Source of the DNA: Torpedo marmorata
Lineage: Eukaryota
Length of the DNA stretch: 64,000 nucleotides
Direction of reading: 5' to 3'
Assembly (NCBI GenBank): GCA_977017645.1
Contig: OZ360243.1
Span: 35,216,001-35,280,000, forward strand
Below are positions 37,819 through 48,910 of this stretch, piece after piece (the first letter of the stretch is position 1; the number at the start of each line of letters is the position of its first letter). The translations under genes were made by a program, and so were the position numbers. The notes beneath the pieces are model-generated. The model was given only the letters and a program-made list of their open reading frames with translations, ran no database searches and had not been told where the DNA came from.

Positions 37819-38530
37819 TGTTACAACTCAAACTAGCAACAACAGAAGACGCAATTCAAAAGGGTTAAATTTTAACTCTATATTTATTAATGACTATTAA
37901 CAATATAATGTCTTAACACAATTAACCCCACTATAAGTATCTATAGCAAATATACGGATATCATATATTTATAAGCAGTGTGTATGTGAAAAATCCAGAC
38001 CATTACAGTCTGTGCCCAATATTCAAAAAGAAAAATCCCCAAAACCCCAGGTCAGTCAGTCAAGTAAGTCAGTCCAAAAAACACAGTCCACAAATTTCAA
38101 TCTCAAAGTTCAATGTCCAAGTTCAGTTTTTTAACTGATAACAAAGGATGTGGTATTGAACGTTGGAGAGAGAAATGACTGATGTTGTGTTGCAGTAAGC
38201 TTATGAATCCTTTTTCATGCTTCCTCAGGTGACTTCCCTTGGTTCTCAAAGTGTGGTTTTTAACCCTTCCTCACTTATGAGGCATGTGCACTTCACACAG
38301 CTCTCCAGCTGCCCTCCTCCGCTCCAACTGGCGTTCTAACTACCGCTCCAACTGCCATTCCAACTGCCGTTCTTTCGCTCCAGCTGCCGTTCCATTGTCT
38401 CTCTGTCTGCACAGCTCGATCTTAGGAGTCAGCACACAGCTGTACCACAAGTCACACAGAGTTCTCAGCAGAATTCCATCCTTTATAATGTCAGTCCACA
38501 GTCCAAAAGGTTAGTCCATGGTCCATAACA
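37819..38530 (-). repeat. 5' LTR of the Gmr1-type element
   Basis: Direct repeat of 32189-32885, adjacent to the PBS. Confidence 0.95.
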
Positions 38531-41500
38531 GCATATTATTTTCAATCTTGCGAAAGGTGAACCAAGCAAATATTTACCACATCTGGGCCAGATGCCAATC
38601 AATATGCAGCCGTAATAAGCGCCTCATGAATATACAGGGAAACAGTTCCAATGCCTCTTGTTTCATTTTGCTCCTCTCACCGAAAAAGAAAACAATGAAC
38701 TCACCATGTTATACAGGGAAGAACACAGCCGGGGTTGAAAGGCTAAAAGAGAAAACAAAATAAATGAGCAAGTATTGATTAAGAGATGTAAATTTGTAGT
38801 CTCAAGATCACAGAAGTGAAGAAATATAGAGTGGAAAGGATGAGGTGAACTGAGGAAACTCCACATTGAATGTTGATTTCAACACATGAAAATATGGCCC
38901 ATGTAAAATTTATTGCTGTTAATCAATGAAAGGACCATATTAAGGATTGATCATGTGACTAACTGCTCCTTAAAAAGTTATAGCATTTGTGTCCAGTGAA
39001 GATGACTGTAAGAAATGATTTGACGCGGTAAGCTTGTTTTATAGCTTGAATTTCTGACTATTTTCCAGTATCTTAGTGATAGGAGACAAAAGCATGTTGA
39101 ATTTAAAGACCTTTTATGAGATACTGAAGTTGGAACTGCACTGGACAGTTGATAAAATAGAGAAAATCAGAAAGACTTGAGAGAAAAGTGGGAAAGAGAG
39201 TGACAGGTTATAAATGAGCACACAATCCACTATCAGGCAAATGTTACTTAAATCCAGGCTTTCTGGAGAATCACGGTTGTTTTGGGAGGCGAAAGATCAA
39301 AGACAAAAATAAGATTTCTGGATAGATACTTTGGAGGAGGATCAGATGTGAGAGTTCCACAAGGTCAAAAGAGATACAGAAATCAGGAAAGTCAATTGAT
39401 AAAGAAAAGCTCATTGGCTAACACGAACATTCAATGCTTAATTTATGGATACTAATGCTATCATGGTCCAGAGATTCAGCACTGGAATAGGTCTTTCAGT
39501 TCTAAGTATCAAGGAGACAGGAAGAAAACTGACAAGTCTACAAAAAAACAGCAAAAGTGCAACAGTTCTAGAGGTATGTAAACAACATCAATAATGGAAA
39601 AAACTCCATCAAAAACACAATACATATCATGGATTAGACCAGTGCTTTTCAACTACAGTACTATTTATTTTTAAAGTCTCCAGAATTTTTAGTCATGGTG
39701 TAGTTAACTAAGTAAGCAAATTTTCAAGCAGAATGATTGATTAACAATAATTAAGCAATTTAAGGGACAAGGATTTATTCTGGCACATGCCTTGCAGACA
39801 ATGGGAGGAATATCGTCAGCACCTGTAGATAATTTCTCATGTTGGCAAACTGTCCTAAACAAATGGATGTTGTCACTTGCATTGTTCCAGGTTAAATAAT
39901 CAATAGACTCCTATTCAGTTATCTCCTGGTTTGATCACCAAGGTTTCTATGAAACAATATTCATCTAACATTATTGAAAGACATACTAATCAGCTGCTTT
40001 AGGGTAGTGGTATGTTATAACATGTATATTACAGGATCACAAAAATTCAAATTGAAAAATACTTCATTAGTTGCAAGGCATTTTGTGCAGCAATCTGAGA
40101 AGTGAAAGACATATTCTTAAATGGAAGCCATTATTTTTCTTCACTGAGATGTTGCACATTCAGGATGAAAACATGGTTGCCCGACAACAGGCACGGATTA
40201 TTAAGCAACATTCACAATAAAAAAGGAGAATAATCAATTGCCACAAGAGAAAACAAATCTCTCAACTGAAAAATGATTCAAACACCAAATGGATCCTGAA
40301 AGATAAATACTAACATATTGAGGGTCATGATTTATTCCGTAAAAGCAGAATAATATATTTTAATTAAAATGCAATACAGGTATTGATTTTGATATGCATC
40401 AGTAATTATTTTGTCATTATAATTATTCATTCCTATCATTGGTTGTCACAGATATGACCTATATCCTCAAAAAGTGTTTTTAAAAATCTTTTTTGTTCCT
40501 AACATAATAATATTCACATTGCGGCGAGGTGGTTTAATCATTGATAATGAATAATAATGAAGCTTTTAAAATGTTAATTTCAGTTGTTTAATTGAGGTTT
40601 GAATGGCTTTAATTATCCATTTTTGCACTTCTTTGAAGCCGCTTCTCTCTCCACTGTATAAATTCTGGTGACTGCTCTATCAGGAGCAAAGCCTTGTATC
40701 CTTTCTCCATCCATCTCTTTCCCATCCATCATTCACAACACTAAAGTTTTAGCAGAAAATTGATGATGAATCCCACATGTCATTTCCAAAGGATTATTTT
40801 ACATTAACTCACAAATTATTACATTGAAATCAGATATTTGGTTATTTTTAGCAGTATCATCTGCAGCTAATGGAAGAAAAAACACAGCAAGTAGCTATAA
40901 ATTACCCAATCAAATCACAGCAATGGGAGTTGTTTCAACATGGTGGTCCAGATATATCCCCTAAATAGTAGTGTTACTGGGGAGTTCCATCTAATTAAGA
41001 AGTAGTTCATGAGGAAAGTTTCACAAGTTTTTTCAAGGATTAATTTAAATAGCGTCTCCGTGAGAGTTATGAGATGTCTGATCATTCCCCAGTCAGTGTA
41101 ACTGATGGTTAACAGTAAGGCAGTTATTCTATTGTCAGTATTTGTGTTCCCATAAGGTAATTCATCTTGGCAAGGAACAATCACATTAATTTATTACTGC
41201 ACATCAGACGGATGCACTGCCATTAGGAAATCTCAGCCTCTCAATCCTCCATTTATTTATTTCAGCCAAAGAACTTATTAGTCGGACTGTTTTACTTTGG
41301 ATTTGACCATTTTAACTTTGCATTTGACAATAGCAATGCAAACTAACATCTTTTTATTGTCAATTCAAATTTAAGTTCTGAGATATACAAACAATACTGA
41401 TTGGCAAAGGTAGAAAATGTCTAATACTGTGATCTACATGAAGTATTCATGCAGGTCTCTTCTTGCTTGCAAAAGGAAAGGGTTGAAATGTACATATCCT

Positions 41501-41779
41501 TTGCCAACATTGTGTAAGGTAACCGACAGTGAAGAACTCCTCGAAGGACAGTGCCTTCCCATCATCTGTACCAGCAGATTCTAGCTTGGAAATACAAAAC
41601 AAAACCAACTGACCTCCAGCTCTGCTCTCTTATCATCTGTGTTACTTCCTTGTATTCCTGGATTCCAAGTCAATTTTACGTTGAGTTAGATCTGCATCAG
41701 GTAAATGATAGAAAATTAGAGAGGAAAACAAAGTTAAGTGTCTAAGTGGATAGATTTATTTTACATTTTTAAAAAAATT

Positions 41780-41990
41780 ATATTTAGAGATGCAGCACAG
41801 TAACAGGCCCTTCCGGCCCATGGTCCCATGATGCCCAAATACACCAATTAGCCTACATTTTTGGAGGGTGGGAGGAAACCGGAGCACCCAGAGGAAAACC
41901 ACGTAGGAACAGGGAGAACGGACAAACTCCGGATTTGAATCTGGGTCACTGGTGCTGTGTAAGCATCGCACTAACCGCTTAGCTAACCAT
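41780..41990 (-). mobile_element. tRNA-derived V-SINE (HE1-like)
   Basis: Similar to 19450-19668; minus strand has A-box-like GGTTAGCTAAGCGG and B-box-like GATTCAAATCC. Confidence 0.85.
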
Positions 41991-43113
41991 TTTAATTCAG
42001 CAAATTTAACCAGAATTTAACGCAAGGTCAGTGGGAGCCAGCACTCCTAGTTGAGGAGGGGGCTATGAAGCAGAAGCTGGTGTTCAATGAGAGAAAGAGT
42101 AGAGCTCATCCTTTTCGTGAGCAATGATCTAACAGCGTCAATGCAGGAGCAAGAGTGGGTGGAACCAGACGTCGTTAGTTCAAGTAGGCAGCTCACCACC
42201 ACCTACCCAAGAGCAATTAGGGATTGGCAATAAATGTTGGCCTCATCAAGTATACTTGATCCCCCAATGAAAAACATAATAGAGCGGATCCCAAGAGCAG
42301 CAGTAGGGGGAACCATAAAGCATCAGTGTCATGATGGAGTTGACAAGACCAGTAATCCTGCTTCTGGACACAAACATTGCTTGTGAATACCACTACATGT
42401 GTAGAATGGGTTGAAAAGAATGCAAGGATGGCCTTGCAAAGTAAAATAATATTTTGAAAAGCTGACTGAATCCCAGGTTCCCGAGGGATGGTTGTTTCTT
42501 TTCATGACCATTCTATGTGAATTTCCAACTTGCCTGGAGCACTGAAGCTCATTTTATGAATTATTTAAGTAGCTTTGTTATGCACCTAAGGCCAAGATTT
42601 ATCTTGAACAATTATGCAGACAAGGGAAAGCAGCTGGTGGGTTGGTTTAGATCCTCCTCAATTTTCTTGACTCAATGTTAACCATTGTGCACAGCTCCAA
42701 GGCAAAGTTCCCTCTCGTTAACTTTGTTCATCTATCCTGATTATTCAGTTTAACCTCTGATTTTCTTTTGGTCAAGCCATTAGTCTGGACACAACATGGT
42801 CACTCCAAAGAAATGGGGGGACATTTGCAAGAGAGGTTTGATTGATTGGTTCTGTGGCAGTTGCTTGTTCATGATTAGATCTTGAGGTAAACATTGAATG
42901 ATGAATTTTCTGGCTTTGTGGTCATATGTGCTATTGTGGTCGTATGTGGCAGCTGGGAGAATATGTTGGAGATTTGTCATGTCACAGATACCGTATATTT
43001 CGGCGTATAACTCGAGTCTTGAAACCTTCAAAAATCTCTCAAAAAACGGGGGTCGACTTATACGCCGGATATACTTTTGAGACCTTAAAATCAGCTCAAA
43101 AACCAGTCCATGC

Positions 43114-43239
43114 CGATTCGGCGTATAAGTCGACCCCTGAAAACCCGATTCGGCGTATAAGTCGACCCTTGAAAACACGATTCGGCGTATAAGTCGACCC
43201 TTGAAAACACGATTCGGCGTATAAGTCGACCCTTGAAAA
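43114..43239. repeat. 4 x 32-bp subterminal tandem repeat of the TIR motif
   Basis: CGATTCGGCGTATAAGTCGACCC.TGAAAA at 43114, 43146, 43178, 43210. Confidence 0.95.
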
Positions 43240-43472
43240 ACCAAAAAAAAACCCGACTGCAACAAATTGTCATTGACATTTTTATTGAAAACAACAAGAC
43301 ATTTAGAACCCTTCAAAATCACTTTCGCTATCATCGTCTGTGGCAAAGATCTCTGCAAGCACATCCGGGGTCTCACTGTTTAAAACAGTCATCATACAGG
43401 TCCCAGTCTGTATCTGATGAGGCGTCTTCAGCTTCGTCGTCAGTGTCCCACAATAAATCATCTTCCGTACCA

Positions 43473-44627
43473 TCAATTGCGCTTTTTAAACGATTTTATT
43501 ACAGTCTCTATTTTCACTTTGTCCCATGCCTTGAGCACGAAGTCACACAGCACATCAAGTGATGCAGCACGCATTGCCCCGCCTTTTCTAAATGATTTTT
43601 CTGCACTCGTCATCCATGTATTCCACTCTTCACGCACATGGTCTTTGAATGGCTTGTTCAAGCAGACATCGAGAGGTTGCAATATAGACGTCAAACCACC
43701 CGGGATAACCGCCATGTAAGTATTATGTTGTACTAATCTACTTTTAGTGTTCTCAGTTAAGTGGCTACAAAACATATCCCAGACCAGCAAACTCCGTTCC
43801 TTGCGTAAACCGCCTGGCCGCCTGTTCCACACATTGTCTATCCATAGTTTTACACCATTTTTATCCATCCATCCTTTTTCATGAAAATGTACAAAAATAC
43901 CTGCTGGGAAACTTATTTTAGGTTTAAATTTGCGCTTGAAGATTACCATGGGTCTTAACTTTGTCCCGTCGGCCGTGCACGATAACACCACGGTAAACCT
44001 GGTCCTTTCATGTCCTGTACTCCTCGTTTGCCCAGTTTTCACACCTTTCCATTCCACTGTTCTATTGCCTATCATGTCAAAATTCATGGGGGTTTTGTCC
44101 ATGTTTCCAATATTTGCCAATGCAAACTTGTGTTTCTGCCGGTTACGTAAAATAAACTGGTGAAAACTTACAACTTTATGATCAAGATCTTTTGGTAGTT
44201 TCTGAGCAATTTTAGTTTTTTGTCGTAAAACCAGATTTTTCCTGTTCATGAAACGGTTGCACCAGCCTACTGTAGCTTCAAAATCATTACTGAGTTCTGG
44301 GTGCGACTTTGCCCACTTCAGTGCAAATGTTCTTATTTTATTTCGGGTGACAATGTAGCAATCTTGCCTCTGTTCACGTACCCATGCTGCGACATGATTT
44401 TCCAACTCTGGCCAACGAGTGATTCCTCTTCTCATCGAACATTGCCTTTTTGGTATTTTTCTTAAAGTATCTTCTTTCATCCTCCAATCTCTTACCAACT
44501 TCTCGTATATATCAAATTTTCTTGCAGCAGCACAGTTGTTGGTTTTCTTGGCCATTTCTATAACTTTTAATTTAAAACTTGCCTCATACTTTCGTTGTTT
44601 CAATTGAGCCTCCATGATAACAATCAC
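43473..44627 (-). CDS. pogo transposase (Brinker-like DBD, CENP-B-type HTH, DD35D), acidic C-terminus shifted out of frame
   Basis: 384 aa: YEASFKLKVI, RWPELE, GWCNRFM, NMDKTP, LVWDMF, LQPLDV; 35 residues between second and third Asp; AIDGTEDDLLWD continues in another frame. Confidence 0.85.
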   Translation of the reverse strand: MIVIMEAQLKQRKYEASFKLKVIEMAKKTNNCAAARKFDIYEKLVRDWRMKEDTLRKIPKRQCSMRRGITRWPELENHVAAWVREQRQDCYIVTRNKIRTFALKWAKSHPELSNDFEATVGWCNRFMNRKNLVLRQKTKIAQKLPKDLDHKVVSFHQFILRNRQKHKFALANIGNMDKTPMNFDMIGNRTVEWKGVKTGQTRSTGHERTRFTVVLSCTADGTKLRPMVIFKRKFKPKISFPAGIFVHFHEKGWMDKNGVKLWIDNVWNRRPGGLRKERSLLVWDMFCSHLTENTKSRLVQHNTYMAVIPGGLTSILQPLDVCLNKPFKDHVREEWNTWMTSAEKSFRKGGAMRAASLDVLCDFVLKAWDKVKIETVIKSFKKRN

Positions 44628-45603
44628 CTCCAGCCAACGCCCAGCAGCTCAATCAGCGCAATCGTTGTGGGTCGAACTATACGCCGGTCAACGCCCAGTA
44701 GCGCAATCATCGCGATTTTTGGGGGTCGACTTATACGCCGGTCAATGCGCAACATCTCAGACATCACGATTTTTGGGGGTCGACTTATACGCCGGATATA
44801 CAATAAAACCATTAAAATGAGGCTGAAAAAGGGGGGGTCGACTTATCTGCCGGTCGACTTATACACCAAAATATACGGTACTTTGGCTCTGATTTTAATT
44901 CACAAATGGAACAGTTTTGTTCCAAGCTGAGGTAGACAAGAAACTTGCTCATTGTCATGTAAGACACGGGAGATTTTAATTAATCAGCAAAGGCCCTTCC
45001 AGTCTCCAGCAAGAGGTATCAGCTACACAATCATCTTTAGATGGATTTTATGCCAAATAGATGGTTTGGAACGTGTCAGGGAAAGAGGGAGAGGGAGCAC
45101 AGACCAAAGGTTTCAGCGTGGATTGCACATAGAGAAACAACATCAAAACAACGAACAGCTTTCCTTTCTGACTGCCTCACACCCAGGAACAATTTGCTGT
45201 TAGGTTGGTCAAGGTGGATAAGAAGAAACAACTTCAAGAGCTTGTAGACAGGATGTAAACTATCATGTGAAAACTTAAAAAAAGAAAGTCCCCAGCAGGT
45301 ATCCACTCAGTCACTCAAAGCAAGGTAAAATTACAGCCTCTGGGAAAACAGCAAGGCTGTTTTCATTTGTCCACCTCTCTGCCTTCTACCTGGCAACCTC
45401 ACCAAATTAGTGCACTGTTTGTTCTATAAAATATTTCAAATTAAATAGATAAAAAGACAAATTCATATCTAGTACTTTACACTTGTATTTTAAATTTTGC
45501 AGAATATTTTAATGTTTTTTTTTAATCCAAGCTGTTCCATCACAGTGATTTTTTTTTCAATTAATAAATCCTACTTGTTCCCAGTTAATTGCTTTGATAG
45601 GAG

Positions 45604-46251
45604 TGAAACACAAAAGTCTGCAGACGCTGTGGTTGTAGTTAAAACACACCAAAATGCTGGATGAACTCAGCCGGTCTTTTCATTGTCTATAGGAGACAAA
45701 GATATATTGTCAAAGTTTCGGGCCTGAGCCCTTCTTCAAGGAATAAGCAGAATAAGTCAGAAGCAGGAAATCTCAGAATTCCAACAATGGGGGAGGAATC
45801 CAGACCAACAAAAGATGTTAATTGGATAAATTGGATATGATAAGGGACGAGGTAAAAATTTATCATGTTTGTGTGAAAGGAGACAGAATGGAGAGACAGA
45901 GAAGGAAAGGCAATGGGGAAAGAAGTGGGGGAGGGTTTAACGAAAGCCAGAGAAGTCAATATTAATGCCATCCGGTTGGAGTGTGCCCAGTCGGAAGAGG
46001 AGGTGTTGTTCCTCTAATTTACGGGTGGTCTCAGTCTGGCAGTGCATGAGACCATGGACAGATAAGTCATCAAGGGAATGGGATGAAGAATTGAAATGGG
46101 TGGCCACTGGGTGATCCACGCTATTGCGGCGGACAGAGCCGAGGTGCTCAACAAAGCGATCTCCCAGTCTGCATCCAGTTTCTCCGATGTAGAGGAGACC
46201 ACAGCGGGAGCACCAGATGCAGTAGATGACACCTGCAGATTCACAAGTGAA
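45604..46251 (-). mobile_element. Penelope-like element 3' part
   Basis: GIY-YIG remnant ([33 protein letters not shown]) plus pLTR. Confidence 0.9.
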
Positions 46252-46570
46252 ATATTAACAGAATTTGATAATAATCATGACGATGTCGGAATTTTTGGAT
46301 CGATTGAATTTTACGGTACTACCTCAGGATGAATGTGCAAGCTTGAAGAAACCTATTTCTAAAGAGGATATAGCTCTCGCTATTTCCTCACTACAGTCTG
46401 GTAAATCTCCAGGGCCAGACGGATTTCCTGTGGAATTTTATAAATCTTTCTCCAATCAGCTTGTTCCTCATCTGACTGTGGTATTGGGTGACTCATTTAA
46501 TGAGCGTAAGCTTCCCGCATCTTTTAATGAGGCCAGTATTTCCTTAATTCTTAAAAAGGGTAAAGAATCT
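46252..46570 (+). mobile_element. Internal L1 ORF2 fragment
   Basis: AISSLQSGKSPGPDGFPVEFYKSF..FNEASISLILKKGK; related to 55050-55330. Confidence 0.88.
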
Positions 46571-47817
46571 CAAGTCAAACTCGGATGGTTCACTGCAGCG
46601 AGAAGGTGAAGAATGTCGATGCAGGATGAGAGCAGGATTAAGCTCTGTTTTATGTTGTTTTTCCCACTAATATGTTCCCATGTTAAAAGAAAGGGCAGCC
46701 AGCTCTCATTCTCTGAGCTCACACATAAAGAACGATCCTTTGGGCAACTTACTGACAAGCTGCCAACAACACTGGGAGTGAGACTTTAGTCATGCACAAG
46801 TCTCTGCCTTGAGCAGGTGAGGAAAGGAGAGAAAACTTAACAGAGAAACACTGACTGTTGTGCATTGGAAGCCAGGTTCAGAGGCACCCAGCTTAAGTAC
46901 TTTGCCTTTTTGCCCCTGGGCCCTTGCCAATCACAAAGCTGGAATCAGGTACAAGCAACAGAAGTCACCAGCATGGGAACTCAAATCATGCATGCTTTAG
47001 ACTAGCTGCTGCTGCCAACATTCTCAGAATGGATGGTCTGAAAAAAACTTTTTAACAGATTGGCTTCCTTTGCTTGCACCTGTACAGTAGAAAACAACAG
47101 AACATTTTGTAACAAGTGAATGATTCTGTAACTTTGGTGATGATTAAATTATAGTTGAATTTGGTAATGGTGTGAAGATCATTCCTGGATAAATAGCTAA
47201 AAGTTTTGCACTCTCTTTCATGTATTATTTGCAGTAAACATAAATGTGAAATATACAGTAATTGCAAACATGTGCTTTTTTTCAATCAGAACTTAACAAA
47301 TCATTGACCAAAAACTATCCATATATTTTCAAAATGTCACTCGAAAGTTCAATTGTTGTTTAGAGCTTTGACTGGGTGGAACAGATTCATGTTACTTTTA
47401 GAAGAAAGACACACACCATAAGGTTTGTAAAAATACAACGCTGGAAAAACTCAGCAGGTCAAACAGTGTACTTTATGTAGCAAAGATAAAGATACATAAC
47501 CAACGTTTCGGGATTGAGCCCTTCATCAAGGTATTAAAAAATGTAGGTAGGTGCCTGAACAAAAGGGTGGGGGAGGGGGCAGGGGGAGGAGCACAGACAC
47601 AAAGGCAGGAGGTAATAGGTGGATAAGAGAGGGGGGGCACATCAGCAAGCAGGGAGAGGAGGTATGGCTCTGTGAATGGAGAGGGAAAGGGATGGAGAGC
47701 TAGAGGAAAGAAGACAAAGGGAAAGGGAAGGGAGGGAGAACGGAGAGTAGGCTAGCAGAAGCTGGAAGTCGATGTTAATGCCATCTGGTTGAAGAGTGCC
47801 CAGATGGAAAATTAAGT

Positions 47818-48910
47818 CAAATCAAGTCGAGTCAAGTCAAGTCAAGTTTATTGTCATCTGATTGCACAAGTACAACCCGACGAAATAGCGTTCTCTGGTC
47901 CTCGGTGCAAAACATGCAGACACACAACCAGACATAACATACATACAGACAAACAATACATATGCAGGACAAGTATTTCATCTATACAAATAAATAAATA
48001 AATATTGTTTTGTACATATGAGAGTCTCGGATGGTTAGTGTGAGCAGATCCTTTGGTCGTTCAGCATTACTGTATCTCTTCCCCGACGGGAGCAGCAGAA
48101 AGATGCAGAGTGCAGGGTGGAAGGAGTCCTCAATGATTTTGCGCGCCCTCTTCAGACAATGATCCCGGTAGATCACGTCGATGGGGGGGGGGGGGGGTGT
48201 GGGAGGGAGACTCCAGTGATCCTCTCTGCCACACTTATGGTCCTATGGATTGACCTCCGATCTATTTCTCTGTAACACACTGTGATGCAGCCGGCCAGGA
48301 CACTCTCGACAGAGCTCCTATAGAATGTTGACATAATGGTGGCCGGTAGCCTTGCCCGCTTCAGTCTTCTCAGGAAGTACAGTTGCTGTTGTGCCTTCCT
48401 GACAAGTGAGGAGATGTGTGTCCACGCTAGGTCACTAGTTAAGTGAACTTCAAGGTACTTGGTGCTCTCCACTCTCTCTACCACAGAGTTGTTGATGTGT
48501 GGTGGAGGGTGGTTGTTCCTGGTCCTCCTGAAGAACACAATCATCTCCTTCGTCTTGTCCATGTTGAGACTTTAGCCCCTTTTACACAGCCTCTTCAAGG
48601 CGGGAATATTGCGCCTTTATTGTGCCACGCCATTCTGTGTAAAAGGTACGAACATGGAATGGGGGGTCATTGTAGTCCCACCTTTAAGCCGGCAGCGGAG
48701 GTAGTCACAGCGCCGTATCGCATTATGCCGGCATTGTTTGGTTCAGTGTAAAAAAGCAAAGCCGGCTCAATGACGGGTCTTCTTTACGGCTCTGTGTAAA
48801 AAGGGCTTCAGGTTGTTACTCTCGCACCATTTCACAAGATTTTCCACCTCTTCTCTGTAATGCGACTTATCGTTGTTGCTGATGAGGCCAACTACTGTTG
48901 TGTCATCAAT
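47818..48910 (-). mobile_element. Rex1/Babar-type LINE 3' part
   Basis: ORF 48173-48562 KTKEMIV..KAQQQLYFLRRLKR..FYRSSVESVL; (TCAAG)n tail on plus strand; AATTAAGT duplicated at 47810 and 48938. Confidence 0.9.
48574..48807. mobile_element. MITE with PIF/Harbinger-like termini inside the Rex1
   Basis: TIR AGCCCCTTTTACACAG / CTGTGTAAAAAGGGCT (15/16); interrupts contiguous Rex1 sequence; 3-bp TSD unclear. Confidence 0.75.

Larger units (their letters stand above)
32189..38530 (-). mobile_element. Full-length, decayed Gmr1-type Gypsy LTR retrotransposon (gag, PR, IN, RT, RH order)
   Basis: Two TG..CA LTRs; PBS TGGGGGCTCGTC (tRNA-Pro) at 37804-37815; PPT GGGTGGGAGG at 32886-32895; 4-bp TSD GCTT/GCAT; integrase ORF 34822-35535 lies upstream of RT ORF 33889-34365. 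Confidence 0.96.
42991..44878 (-). mobile_element. pogo-superfamily DNA transposon (POGK/Passer-like), full length
   Basis: TA TSD; TIR CCGTATATTTCGGCGTATAA / TTATACACCAAAATATACGG; transposase ORF inside. Confidence 0.95.

Noticed and set aside
41490-41600. Minus-strand peptide LESAGTDDGKALSFEEFFTV, reminiscent of an EF-hand
   Set aside because: Loop residues are not canonical, no good donor, and the neighbouring exon-like block has stops in all frames
43114-43239. Regular 32-bp repeats that superficially resemble a CRISPR array
   Set aside because: Head-to-tail copies with no unique spacers, inside a pogo transposon in vertebrate DNA, no cas genes
42780-43376. 198-aa ORF with repeated motifs
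   Set aside because: Read-through of the transposon subterminal repeats; no protein features
46748-46835. Minus-strand exon-like block (RDLCMTKVSLPVLLAAC); similar blocks near 26535, 39790 and 49650
   Set aside because: Splice-like signals arise by chance at this density; the blocks do not assemble into a recognisable protein
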